Virus record (IMG/VR): IMGVR_UViG_2974709037_000001
Span: 6,184-70,183 of that record
Source of the DNA: a virus
Taxonomy: Duplodnaviria; Caudoviricetes
Strand: one strand, 5' to 3'
Length of the DNA stretch: 64,000 nucleotides
A model generated the notes under the pieces. That model did not search any database and was not told where the DNA came from. It saw only the letters and a list, made by a program, of their open reading frames with translations. This document shows, one piece after another, positions 38,514-48,130 of this stretch. Each line of letters begins with the position of its first letter. The first letter of the stretch is position 1. The position numbers and the translations under genes are program-made.

Positions 38514-39275
38514 TTGACGGCAACTAAGGCTGATCTTGAGGCGGCTCTAGCGGAGTCGGACGCCAAGATCGCGGAGCTTGAGGAAGAACTGAAAAACGCG
38601 CCTAAGTGGGACGACGCAGGCAAGCCCACTGTTTACGAGGCGTGGAACCGCGTTATGCGCGATGTCCAGTTCATTAGTAAGAACTCGCGTAACGAGCAGC
38701 AGAAGTTCAACTTCCGTGGCATTGACGCGGTGATGAATGCGGTTGGTCCGGTTCTGCGTGAGCACGGCGTGATTGTCGTTCCGACTGGCGCTGAGCATGA
38801 GGCTGAGCGGTACTTGTCGAAGAACGGCGGGCAGATGTGTAACCGCACCGCCGAGATGAGCTACCGCGTCTACGGCCCGGCTGGCGACCATTTCGACGGT
38901 GTTGCGGTCGGTGAGGCTGCGGACTCTGGCGACAAGTCGATGACTAAGGCTGAGTCGGTTGCTCTGCGTACGTTCCTGCTGCAATCGCTGATGTTGCCGA
39001 CCGATGACCCGGACCCGGATGCCAGTTCACATGAACGCGCCGTGCCGGTTCGGACTCAGGCGCAGGCCCAGCCGATGCCAGCTCCGGACGATAACCCGGA
39101 GTCCCGCGAGGCGCGCGGCGCTCTTAGGGCTAAGGCGCAAGAGCACGGCTGGAATTTGGGCGCAATTGCCGACAAGTTCGCTAAGGACAACAAAGGCAAG
39201 GCGCTTAAGGATGCCACGGCTGCCGAGGTCGAGGCTTATACGAACCTTCTAGCGACAGGGGCGGTTACCGTCTAA
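38514..39275 (+). CDS. ERF-family ssDNA annealing recombinase
   Basis: FNFRGIDAVMNA...GEAADSGDKSMTKA...DPD. Confidence 0.85.
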   Translation: MTATKADLEAALAESDAKIAELEEELKNAPKWDDAGKPTVYEAWNRVMRDVQFISKNSRNEQQKFNFRGIDAVMNAVGPVLREHGVIVVPTGAEHEAERYLSKNGGQMCNRTAEMSYRVYGPAGDHFDGVAVGEAADSGDKSMTKAESVALRTFLLQSLMLPTDDPDPDASSHERAVPVRTQAQAQPMPAPDDNPESREARGALRAKAQEHGWNLGAIADKFAKDNKGKALKDATAAEVEAYTNLLATGAVTV

Positions 39276-39471
39276 TGTTCAACAACACAATTGCGGGTAT
39301 CCCCGTGGAGCTGGTCGACGCTCCACGGGGCATTTGGGTTCCGTGCGAATTGTGCTTCGTTAAAGAAGCCGCGTTCGCGGTGGGCTCGCACGATCACAAA
39401 CTGCTCTGTGAGGGCTGCCTTGATTACGGGGACTCGCGCCGTTTCTGGAACTTGGAACCGAGGCAGGCTCT

Positions 39472-39750
39472 GTGACTGATGTTCTACCCGAAACTCAGGT
39501 GTTCGACGCGGACACATTCATTAGCATCTTCCAGCCGGGCGACAGCGATCACGGCTGGCCTAACGAGCTGCAATACCTCTGGACAGCGGACCAGCCACGC
39601 ACCTTGGCGCTGCTCGACGAGGTTATCTCGGCGGGTGGCATCACTAAGCCGGTATCGGTTGGCCCGGATAAGCGGGTTTGGGACGGGCATCACCGCGTAG
39701 CTATCGCATTGGCGCTGCGCCTTCCGCTGCCTGTGGAGTTCGTCAAGTAG
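39472..39750 (+). CDS. ParB/Srx-like domain protein
   Basis: GITKPV...VWDGHHRVAIA. Confidence 0.7.
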   Translation: MTDVLPETQVFDADTFISIFQPGDSDHGWPNELQYLWTADQPRTLALLDEVISAGGITKPVSVGPDKRVWDGHHRVAIALALRLPLPVEFVK

Positions 39751-39762
39751 TAAGGGGGAGCT

Positions 39763-40122
39763 TTGAGTGAATACAATCCGGTCTCCGTAGAGCAGGACAT
39801 CTTAGCGACGGTTAACGAAATCTCGCAGGGTGTGATTACCGCGCGGGACGCTCACGAAAAGCATCTTGAGTCTGAGCGTGAGTACAAGCGCGCTTATGCG
39901 CGGGCGTTCATGGCCCATAAGGGTCCGCAGACTGAGAAGAAAGTCGCCGCGAACATTGTCCCGGAGGTTATGGAAGCCGAGGACATGCGGGACGCGTGGG
40001 ACGTGGCTTACACGTACGCGAAGGAAAGCAACAAGGCGCTTAGCTCAAAGCTGGATGCTATTCGTTCGGTCGGCGCTTCTGTGCGTCAGGCATACGCGAA
40101 CGCTGGCCGTGGCGAGTGGTGA
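39763..40122 (+). CDS. Hypothetical coiled-coil protein
   Basis: GGGGAG RBS with TTG start. Confidence 0.6.
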   Translation: MSEYNPVSVEQDILATVNEISQGVITARDAHEKHLESEREYKRAYARAFMAHKGPQTEKKVAANIVPEVMEAEDMRDAWDVAYTYAKESNKALSSKLDAIRSVGASVRQAYANAGRGEW

Positions 40123-40513
40123 GGCTGCCTGCCGTCGTCTGATCAAGCCGCGCTCTGAGGGCTTCTGTGAAAGGTGTACCCGCTGGGGCGGGCTGACACT
40201 CCATCACCGACAGAAACGCTCTCAGGGCGGCTTGTGGACGGCTGAAAACTGCGTCCTGGTGTGCGGCCACGGTACGACCGGCTGCCACGGGTGGATTGAG
40301 CATCACCCGGACGCGGCAGAGCTACAGGGCTGGCATATCCGGCCTTGGCTAAACCCGGCTGACGTTCCGCTGCTTTGGCGCGGGTCTGACTGGGTTCTGT
40401 TAACGAGTGACGGAGGAATGAAGCATGTCCAAAAGCCTCAGGGCGCTCCTAGTAGCTGGCGGGATAGCGCTGGCGTTGACCGGCTGCCAACCGAGCGCGG
40501 AGAACGGGGTTAG
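40109..40513 (+). CDS. HNH endonuclease
   Basis: CERC...HHRQKRSQGG...ENCVLVCG...GCHGWIE. Confidence 0.8.
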   Translation: MASGEAACRRLIKPRSEGFCERCTRWGGLTLHHRQKRSQGGLWTAENCVLVCGHGTTGCHGWIEHHPDAAELQGWHIRPWLNPADVPLLWRGSDWVLLTSDGGMKHVQKPQGAPSSWRDSAGVDRLPTERGERG

Positions 40514-40658
40514 CACCGATCCCGGCGCGGTCGACCCCGGCGGGTCCGGCTTGGTGATAAGTCCCCGGAGCGGCGGAATCGGGTTCGACATGGGCGGCGG
40601 CATGTACCTAGACCCTGCTACCGGCCAGATCGGCTTTGGGGGTCTCCCGCTGGGATGA
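40425..40658 (+). CDS. Small lipoprotein
   Basis: LALTGC lipobox. Confidence 0.55.
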   Translation: MSKSLRALLVAGGIALALTGCQPSAENGVSTDPGAVDPGGSGLVISPRSGGIGFDMGGGMYLDPATGQIGFGGLPLG

Positions 40659-41335
40659 GCGACTTCGGGAAAATCCACCGGAAGTTCTGGGACCACCCGA
40701 AGGCTAAGCAGGCCGGTAACGCTGCGCTTGGCCTTTGGGTCAAGGCGAACGCGTGGACTCGGGACAACCGTTCCGGCGGGTTCGTTCCGCGCGAAGTGGC
40801 CCTAGAGCTGGGAACGCTCGACGAGGTTAACGCGCTGCTTGACGCCCGACTGTGGAAAAAGGTTATCCGCGATGGCGTGGTGATCGGTGCGCAGTTCAAC
40901 GACTATGACCAATGGAACGACGACGTTGAGCCGAACACTGAGGCGGGCAATCTTGTTCGCAAGGTGATCCCGGAATCGCAGCCGGTCAGCATTCGTAAGC
41001 AGCTCGTTAAGAAGTCAACGGACCTACTGCGCGAGGGTATCGACCCGGAAATCTTGGAGCGAGCGCTTAACCTCTGGCTCGCTAAGGACTTCGGGCCGGG
41101 CATTCTGCCGAACTTGGTTAGTGAGGCGCAGAAAGAGGCGCAACGCGCGGCCACGCTCAGAAACACAATCACTGAGTGCCTTAAGACGGGGCAGGTGTCA
41201 CCGCTTAAGGCGTACGGATTCATCTTTTCGCCGCCTGTACCGCCGGATGGGCTCGATGTGCAACAGCGTCGGGCATGGATGGCCGGTGCTAAGCGGGATT
41301 GGTTGAACGAACTTAGAGGGAGAGTTGCTGCTTGA
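40655..41335 (+). CDS. Replication initiator / helicase loader-like protein
   Basis: FWDHPK...ALGLW..A...G.VP N-terminus; directly upstream of helicase. Confidence 0.55.
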   Translation: MSDFGKIHRKFWDHPKAKQAGNAALGLWVKANAWTRDNRSGGFVPREVALELGTLDEVNALLDARLWKKVIRDGVVIGAQFNDYDQWNDDVEPNTEAGNLVRKVIPESQPVSIRKQLVKKSTDLLREGIDPEILERALNLWLAKDFGPGILPNLVSEAQKEAQRAATLRNTITECLKTGQVSPLKAYGFIFSPPVPPDGLDVQQRRAWMAGAKRDWLNELRGRVAA

Positions 41336-42630
41336 CGGAGCCTGACGAGTATCCGCCTGACGAGGACTACGGCGCACAGCCGCCAAGCGATCTGGGCGCG
41401 GAGCAATGCGTTATTGGATCGGTTCTGCTGTCAACAAAGGCGCTTAACTCACTAACAGCGCTGATCACTGCCGGGGACTTCTACCGGCCTATCCACGGTG
41501 ACATTTACACGGCAGCTCAGGCCCTAGCGTCAGCCGGTGAGCCGGTCGACGCGATGACGGTTGCCAAAGAGCTTGAGAAGCGCGGCCAACTCAAGCGGGT
41601 TGGTGGGGCACCGTACCTGCTGACCTGTATGGAGAACACGCCTACAGCCACTAACGCTGAGGCGTACGCGCGGATGGTCCTCGACAAGGCGAAGCTTCGG
41701 CGGCTCGACGAGCTGGGCACCCGGCTTAAGGCGCTGGCGTACTCCGAGGCCACGACGAGCGACGACGTTAACGCTCTGATGGGCCAGGGTGAGAAGTTCT
41801 TCCGGTCGCAGCATGAGCCGGATGACACTGCGGTGTCGTTCGAGGGAATGATTGCCTCGTGGGAGGAATGGCAGGCCACTGACGTTGGGTCGATCCCGAC
41901 GCCTTGGGAGGCCCTGAATGCTCGTCTGAATGGCGGGCTACAGCGCGGGCGGCTGTACACCATAGCTGCCAGGCCGGGTGTCGGTAAAAGTGTTGCAGCG
42001 TTGCAGATGGCGGCTTTTGCGGCCCACTGGGGTTTCCCTGCGGCGTTCTTCACATTGGAAATGTCCAAGGATGAGGTTACGTCGCGGCTTATCTCTGCCG
42101 GGTCAAACACGGACTTTAGCCGCATCATGCAAAAGCGTTTGGACCTAGAGGACCGCGAGAAGATTGACCGGTACCTAAAGGACAGTCGCAATCAGCCGTT
42201 GCAGACCGTCGACCGGTCAAGGGTCACGGTTGAGCAGATCGTGGCGCACTGCCGGTCGCTAGGAAAGCTCGACGTGTTGGTGGTCGACTACCTACAGCTC
42301 ATGTCGGCAACGGACACCAAGGCGTCTCGTGAGCAGCAGGTAGCTCACATGTCGCGTTCCTTGAAGATTGCGGCTAAGGAACTGGACGTGGCGGTAATCG
42401 CGTGTTCGCAGTTGAACCGTGGTCCCGTTAAGGACGGTAAGCCGCGTGCGCCGACGATTGGCGATCTGCGCGAGTCGGGAGCGATTGAACAGGATAGCGA
42501 TGTCGTTCTGTTGCTGCATACCGACGAGGACGATCCGGGGATTATCCAAATGATTATCGGTAAGAACCGTAATGGCCGGATGGGGGACTTGATGTTCAAC
42601 TTTGAGGGCCACTATCAGCGCATCACATGA
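41332..42630 (+). CDS. dnaB: DnaB-like replicative helicase
   Basis: AARPGVGKS, VDYLQL, SQLNR, DLRESGAIEQDSD, KNRNG. Confidence 0.95.
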   Translation: MTEPDEYPPDEDYGAQPPSDLGAEQCVIGSVLLSTKALNSLTALITAGDFYRPIHGDIYTAAQALASAGEPVDAMTVAKELEKRGQLKRVGGAPYLLTCMENTPTATNAEAYARMVLDKAKLRRLDELGTRLKALAYSEATTSDDVNALMGQGEKFFRSQHEPDDTAVSFEGMIASWEEWQATDVGSIPTPWEALNARLNGGLQRGRLYTIAARPGVGKSVAALQMAAFAAHWGFPAAFFTLEMSKDEVTSRLISAGSNTDFSRIMQKRLDLEDREKIDRYLKDSRNQPLQTVDRSRVTVEQIVAHCRSLGKLDVLVVDYLQLMSATDTKASREQQVAHMSRSLKIAAKELDVAVIACSQLNRGPVKDGKPRAPTIGDLRESGAIEQDSDVVLLLHTDEDDPGIIQMIIGKNRNGRMGDLMFNFEGHYQRIT

Positions 42631-42884
42631 GCGCTGAGATTAAGGCGCTTATGTCGCCTAAGCCTTTGCATTGGACGGATGAAGCGCTATGCCACGATGA
42701 CGACCGTTTTACTGGTCGTCGGGAATGGCTCACGTTGGCAGATAGGCGCGATATGCGCGCTAAGTGCGGCGTATGTCCGGTCTTTGACGAATGCTGGCGG
42801 TGGGCGCGGGATGAACAAGTAATCGAGGTATTCGCAGCGGGGTATTGGAGGAACCCGGATGGACGCGTTACTGAATCGGATTAA
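42627..42884 (+). CDS. WhiB-like protein (divergent)
   Basis: W...ALC...CGVCPVFDEC. Confidence 0.65.
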   Translation: MSAEIKALMSPKPLHWTDEALCHDDDRFTGRREWLTLADRRDMRAKCGVCPVFDECWRWARDEQVIEVFAAGYWRNPDGRVTESD

Positions 42885-43110
42885 CCGGCATGGCTGCGCG
42901 GGTTGTGGTCAGTCGGTCTATTTCACCCGTCACGGCGCTTGCGAGCGTTGCGAGGGCGGCTACGACGACGACGAGGACTACCCACGTGATTGAGCCGGAC
43001 GAGGATTACGAAAACCCGATTGGCGAAGTGCTGGACGAAGACACGGTAGACGAGCTTTCAAAGTCGCACCTGGTCTACAGCATTTCTAAGTTCCTTGGGT
43101 TGGGGGACAA

Positions 43111-43977
43111 GTGGCCGTTCATCTAAGGGCTTATAACGAGAAGCTGGGCACCGTCCGAGATGTGGCGGTGCCCTTTCAGTTTCCGGGCGGCGAATGGGAC
43201 TTGAAGAACGTCCACGAGTTCGACAACCGGGTTACGTGGGTTGCCGACGTTCGCGGCGCTGACCTTAACGACCTTATGGCGGCGGCTCTGCTGTCTAACG
43301 TCGCGGTGCAGCGTGGCGAGGACTTCGTTCTCATGGTTCCGTACCTGCCTGCTGCACGGGCCGACCGGGGGCACCCGACTGGCTGTGTGGTGTATGCCGA
43401 TCTGCTGGCCGCGATGCACACAACGAACATCATTACCGTTGACCCGCATTCGTACCGGATGCCCGATTACCTGCGGGCCACGGCGGGCGCTGTCGCGGCG
43501 CTGGACCCGCTGCCACTGCTGGACCGGGCTTTGGAGAGCCAGGGGCATTGGCGGTACGACGCAATCATTGCGCCAGATAAGGGCGCGGTGGATCGCGCCG
43601 GGGCAATCGCTAAGCACTACGGGCTGGACCTGGTTGTGTGCGACAAGGAACGCGATTTCGACACGGGCCGGATTACCAAGTACAGGGTGCCGATCCTGTC
43701 CACTAAGGGTAAGTACCTGGTGGTCGATGACATTTGCGACGGCGGCGGAACGTTTGCGCTGCTGGCTAGCGAAGCGCTCATCTCTAAGCCGAACCTAGAC
43801 CTTTGGGTTACGCACGGCATTTTCTCGGGCAAAGCAACCATGCTGCCGAGTTACTACGGACGCATTATGACGACTGACTCACACCCCGGCCATAACCGGG
43901 TTGGTGTCGCTACGTCGATTGTGCCCACTTTCACCTATATGCACGAAACGATGGTTAAGGGGCTTAGTGATGACTAA
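43111..43977 (+). CDS. PRPP-synthetase-like protein (NARP1 Adps-like)
   Basis: FPGGE, PYLPAARADR, VDPHS, PDKGA, VVDDICDGGGTF, VTHGIFS. Confidence 0.88.
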   Translation: MAVHLRAYNEKLGTVRDVAVPFQFPGGEWDLKNVHEFDNRVTWVADVRGADLNDLMAAALLSNVAVQRGEDFVLMVPYLPAARADRGHPTGCVVYADLLAAMHTTNIITVDPHSYRMPDYLRATAGAVAALDPLPLLDRALESQGHWRYDAIIAPDKGAVDRAGAIAKHYGLDLVVCDKERDFDTGRITKYRVPILSTKGKYLVVDDICDGGGTFALLASEALISKPNLDLWVTHGIFSGKATMLPSYYGRIMTTDSHPGHNRVGVATSIVPTFTYMHETMVKGLSDD

Positions 43978-45454
43978 GTTTGCGCCCGTTGCGGCGCTCT
44001 TTCAGACGGACGCGTACAAGCTGGGGCACATTGACCAGTACGCGCTTAGCGGGGAAGTAACCCGCGTCTATTCCAACTGGACTAACCGCAAGTCGCGCCT
44101 GCCGGGCGTCGATAAGGTGGTTCACTTCGGATTGCAGGCTTATATCCAAGCCCACCTGGTGGACGCATTCGAGCCGTTCTTTAAGACGCTCGACGAGGAC
44201 CAGGTAGCGGAGCTGTACGAGGAACGGGTTGCGCAGATTCTCGGGCCTGACGCGGCTAAGAGCATCGGCAGCGATCACATTCGCAAGCTGCACCGGCTGG
44301 GGTACCTGCCGCTGCGGTTCAGCGCGGTTCCGGAGGGCACGGCGGTGCCTATCGGTGTGCCGTCGTTCACGGTGGAGAACACGCATCCCGACTTCTACTG
44401 GCTCACGAACTACGTAGAGACCGGCCTGAGTGCCGGGGTGTGGCAGGCCAGCACGTCCGCGACCATTGCGCGCGAGTACCGCAAGGTGCTTGACGCGGCG
44501 GCTAAGCGCACTGGCGCTGACCCGGCTGGCGTCGACTGGCAGTGCCATGACTTCTCTTACCGGGGCATGTCGTCGCACGAGTCGGCGGCGGCGTCCGGGG
44601 CCGCGCACCTGTTGAGCTTCACAGGGACGGATTCGCTGGTGGCGCTCGACTGGATTGACCGCTACTACGGCGGCGAGTACGTAGCCGGGTCGGTGCCCGC
44701 TACCGAGCACTCGGTGATGTGTACCGGTATCGAGACGGTCGGGGAGCTTGAGACGTTCAAGCGGCTGCTGGACCTGTACCCGTCCGGAATCGTCAGCGTC
44801 GTTAGCGACACGTTCGACCTGTGGAAGGTGCTTACCCGCTACCTGCCGACTCTCTACGGGCAGATCGTGGGCCGGGACGGCAAGCTGGTCATTCGGCCCG
44901 ACTCGGGCGATCCGGAGAAGATCATTTGCGGTGATCCCAACGCGCCTAAGGGTTCTAACGAGTGGTGGGGCGCTCTTAACTTGCTGTACGACACGTTCGG
45001 CGGGGTTAAGAACGACGCGGGCTACATCGAGCTGGACTCGCACGTGGGCCTGATCTATGGCGACTCGATCACCTTGGATCGCGCTAAGAGCATCACTGAC
45101 CGCATGGAGAAGCTGGGCTTTGCCTCGTCGAACGTGGTGTTCGGTGTCGGGTCGTTCACGTACCAGCACAACACGCGTGACACGTTCGGGTCCGCGATGA
45201 AAGCGACGTGGGCTGAGGTCGACGGCAGGGGCTACAACCTGCTCAAGAACCCGGTGACCGACGACGGGACCAAGAAGTCCGCTACCGGGCGGCTGGCGGT
45301 GCTGCGTGACCTGCAAGGGGAGCTAGTGCTTGTCCAGAATGCCGACCAGTACGACGAGTTCGCGTCTGAGCTGCGTCCGGTTTGGGAGAACGGGAAGTTC
45401 GTCTTCCGGCAGTCATTCGCCGGGGTCAGGGGCACTTTAGCTCAGCAGGGATAG
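43970..45454 (+). CDS. Nicotinamide phosphoribosyltransferase-like protein (NARP1 Namat-like)
   Basis: TDAYKLGH, HDFSYRG, VPATEHSVM, SVVSDT, VIRPDSGDP, TRDTFG. Confidence 0.92.
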   Translation: MTKFAPVAALFQTDAYKLGHIDQYALSGEVTRVYSNWTNRKSRLPGVDKVVHFGLQAYIQAHLVDAFEPFFKTLDEDQVAELYEERVAQILGPDAAKSIGSDHIRKLHRLGYLPLRFSAVPEGTAVPIGVPSFTVENTHPDFYWLTNYVETGLSAGVWQASTSATIAREYRKVLDAAAKRTGADPAGVDWQCHDFSYRGMSSHESAAASGAAHLLSFTGTDSLVALDWIDRYYGGEYVAGSVPATEHSVMCTGIETVGELETFKRLLDLYPSGIVSVVSDTFDLWKVLTRYLPTLYGQIVGRDGKLVIRPDSGDPEKIICGDPNAPKGSNEWWGALNLLYDTFGGVKNDAGYIELDSHVGLIYGDSITLDRAKSITDRMEKLGFASSNVVFGVGSFTYQHNTRDTFGSAMKATWAEVDGRGYNLLKNPVTDDGTKKSATGRLAVLRDLQGELVLVQNADQYDEFASELRPVWENGKFVFRQSFAGVRGTLAQQG

Positions 45455-45555
45455 CCGGTTAGTTCCGGCTTTCCGGACATTTTCGTGGGTGTTGGGTACA
45501 TGCGACGTACTGTTTTGTGTGTGCCCAACAGCCCGACGAACGAAAGGGGGTTGAA

Positions 45556-46494
45556 ATGACCTTGACTCTTACAGCAATGCGCGGTTATCCGGCTTCGGGT
45601 AAGTCGACTACGGCGCGCACCATTGCAAACAACACGGGCGCGGTTGTGGTTTGTCGTGACGAGTTGCGGAACATGCTGCACGGCGTGTACTTCAACGATG
45701 GCTCTAACCACCCTAAGTCACCTAAGGACTTTGAGGATCAGGTGACCATCGCGGAGCGTGCGCAGGTGGCGGCGTTCCTTAAGGCTGGGGTGTCGGTGGT
45801 TGTCGACGCTACACACTTGGAGCCGTCTTATCTGCGCAAGTGGGCCAAGATGGCTGCGCAGTACGGCGCTGAGTTCGTCCGCGTTGATCATTTCCCACCG
45901 GTTGAGGAATGCCGGAGGCGGGACCATGCGCGGATGCTGGCTGGTGGCCGGTACGTCGGGGACCAGGTTATTGAGCGGATGGCGAAGCGTCACCCGGTGA
46001 AGAACTGGCCGGACATTCAAGCGCCGCCGACGTTCGTACCTGAGCCTGTCGAATGGATCGACGGGTTGCCTGAGGTGGTCGTTGTCGATATAGACGGCAC
46101 GTTGGCGCACATGACGGGGCGTTCGCCATACGACTACTCGCAGGTCCATACAGACACCGTTGACGAGCAAATCAAGCGGCTAGTTAACGACATGTGGGAG
46201 CTGTGCGTAGGTGTTCTGATCGTTACTGGCCGGGACGACGAGTGTCGTGAGCCCACTGAGAAGTGGCTGGTTGACAACGGCATCGGCTACGACGAGCTGC
46301 ACATGCGTCCTACCGGCGCTAAGGACAACCACGGAAACAAGCTGCCCGACTACCTGGTCAAGTACGACCTGTTCAACGCCAATATCAGGGGTAAATACAA
46401 TGTCAGGTTCGTCTTAGACGACCGTGACCAAGTTGTAAATCTTTGGCGTGCGCTTGGGCTTAAGTGTCTGCAAGTGCAGCCCGGAGATTTTTAG
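45556..46494 (+). CDS. Polynucleotide kinase/3'-phosphatase (T4 PseT-like)
   Basis: GYPASGKST P-loop; HAD motifs DIDGTLA and LDDR. Confidence 0.92.
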   Translation: MTLTLTAMRGYPASGKSTTARTIANNTGAVVVCRDELRNMLHGVYFNDGSNHPKSPKDFEDQVTIAERAQVAAFLKAGVSVVVDATHLEPSYLRKWAKMAAQYGAEFVRVDHFPPVEECRRRDHARMLAGGRYVGDQVIERMAKRHPVKNWPDIQAPPTFVPEPVEWIDGLPEVVVVDIDGTLAHMTGRSPYDYSQVHTDTVDEQIKRLVNDMWELCVGVLIVTGRDDECREPTEKWLVDNGIGYDELHMRPTGAKDNHGNKLPDYLVKYDLFNANIRGKYNVRFVLDDRDQVVNLWRALGLKCLQVQPGDF

Positions 46495-46818
46495 TTGCGT
46501 TGGACGAACTGGTCGGACCCGGAAAGCGTTCGGAAGGTCGGACTATCGGGCGCACATAGCCGGGTAGCTCGGCTCTGGGGTCGTGCCGCCGATTATGACT
46601 GCTACGTGTGTGGCGGCGTAGCTGCGCAGTGGGCCTACGACGGGTCGGACCCGTCGCAGTTGCTTGGAGTTAAGGACACATCGAACACGGTTCCCATGTG
46701 GTATTCGGCGTACCCGGAGTTCTACGCGCCGATGTGCTTCAAGTGTCACAAGCTGAAAGACCGGGCGCTTATGTACCGGGAATTAACTGAATATAGGCAG
46801 GCCAAGGTGCGGAGCTAG
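46495..46818 (+). CDS. HNH-like Zn-binding protein, WAYDG family copy 1
   Basis: AHSRV..LWG.A..Y.C..C...WAYDGSDP...PEFYAPMCFKCH. Confidence 0.6.
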   Translation: MRWTNWSDPESVRKVGLSGAHSRVARLWGRAADYDCYVCGGVAAQWAYDGSDPSQLLGVKDTSNTVPMWYSAYPEFYAPMCFKCHKLKDRALMYRELTEYRQAKVRS

Positions 46819-47205
46819 TTGGAGCACCTGCTAACGGTGCCTATGCCGCGACCGCCAATGAGCGCTAACGATCAGCGGAGAATGCACTGGGCGGCGCAGG
46901 CTAAGGCTAAGAAGCAAGTCGGAGAAGCAGTAACAAAGCTGGCACGGCAGGCGGGTCTATCAGACCTAGGCCCGTCTGTTGTGTCGGTCACCTGGTACGC
47001 GCCGGATAAGCGTAGGCGTGATACCGACTCACTAGGGCCGTTTCTTAAAGCAGCGTTGGACGGCTTAGTTCAGGCTGGCGTGTGGCCCGACGACCATTCC
47101 GATTACGTCGTTGAAACACGCATGGCGATTAACAAATTGCAGGTACGAAACCCGCGAATCGAGATAAAGGTAATTGAAACAGATGCACGATCCGAATTGG
47201 CGTGA
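46819..47205 (+). CDS. rusA: RusA-like Holliday junction resolvase
   Basis: RRRDTDSL...KAALDGLV.AGVWPDD. Confidence 0.85.
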   Translation: MEHLLTVPMPRPPMSANDQRRMHWAAQAKAKKQVGEAVTKLARQAGLSDLGPSVVSVTWYAPDKRRRDTDSLGPFLKAALDGLVQAGVWPDDHSDYVVETRMAINKLQVRNPRIEIKVIETDARSELA

Positions 47206-47467
47206 ACTGGCTGTATGCCAGTTTATCGACCCTGAAATGTTCTTCCCATCTAAGGGCGGCGCAACACAAGAGCCGAAGCGTGTTTGCAACACGATGTGCC
47301 CGGTGCGTACGGACTGCCTAGATGCCGCGATGCAAGAGGAATACGGCTTAAGCAGAAATTTGCGCTTCGGTATCCGTGGTGGGTTAGTGCCGAATAGCCG
47401 TCACCAACTGGCTTGTGAGCGTGGCGAGATTCCTACTCAGGACGAGATTCTAGGAGACGTTGCGTGA
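47183..47467 (+). CDS. whiB: WhiB-family transcription factor
   Basis: W...AVC...DPEMFFP...C..CPVRTDCL...GIRGG. Confidence 0.9.
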   Translation: MHDPNWRELAVCQFIDPEMFFPSKGGATQEPKRVCNTMCPVRTDCLDAAMQEEYGLSRNLRFGIRGGLVPNSRHQLACERGEIPTQDEILGDVA

Positions 47468-47835
47468 GCAAGACACCGGGCCGGATTAGCGAACGAATGG
47501 GACTTTCACGCGCGACAGTCCCGGTCACAAACGTTAGCGGCATTCGCACACGCGTTATCCCAGAGTTGGCGATTCCAGACCTGCCGGGCGCGCTCTGCAA
47601 GGGCGTAGACGATCCGGACATGTTCTTTCCGTCGCAGCGCAAGGGAGGCCGCAAGGCTGCCATTGAGGCTCGCAAGATGTGCGAACGCTGCCCAATTCAG
47701 AAGCGCTGCTTGGACTGGGCGCTCGACTGGAACCGCGACCATCCGGATTACTACGACCAGTTGGAAGGCATCTGGGGTGGGACGAATGAAGCGGAGCGCC
47801 GGGAAATCCTTAAGGGGGGAAACAATGCTGCTTAG
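47464..47835 (+). CDS. whiB: WhiB-family transcription factor
   Basis: ALC...DPDMFFP...CERCPIQKRCL...GIWGGTNEAER. Confidence 0.9.
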   Translation: MSKTPGRISERMGLSRATVPVTNVSGIRTRVIPELAIPDLPGALCKGVDDPDMFFPSQRKGGRKAAIEARKMCERCPIQKRCLDWALDWNRDHPDYYDQLEGIWGGTNEAERREILKGGNNAA

Positions 47836-48055
47836 CACCACGATAAAGCTTAACTGTGGAGTCTTGGAGTACGGGTTTAATCCGGCACATAACTACCACC
47901 TGGTGATGGTCTCCAAGGGTTGTACCAGGGGGTTCCGCCGGGAGCTGTATCGGTTGCCGGGTGAGGCGATTAACGCGCTGCTCCCGTACCGCGAGGAGAA
48001 CACGGAGGTTGCTTCTCTGATCCGCTGGTTGTCGCGCTTCCCGCGCGATGCGTAA
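47825..48055 (+). CDS. Hypothetical protein
   Basis: GGGGG RBS. Confidence 0.45.
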   Translation: MLLSTTIKLNCGVLEYGFNPAHNYHLVMVSKGCTRGFRRELYRLPGEAINALLPYREENTEVASLIRWLSRFPRDA

Positions 48056-48130
48056 GCGGCGTAAGTGCCGAAACTGGCGGCGGTTCCTGAGTGACATGTT
48101 TGATGCATTTCTAGAAGGGCTGATTGACGC

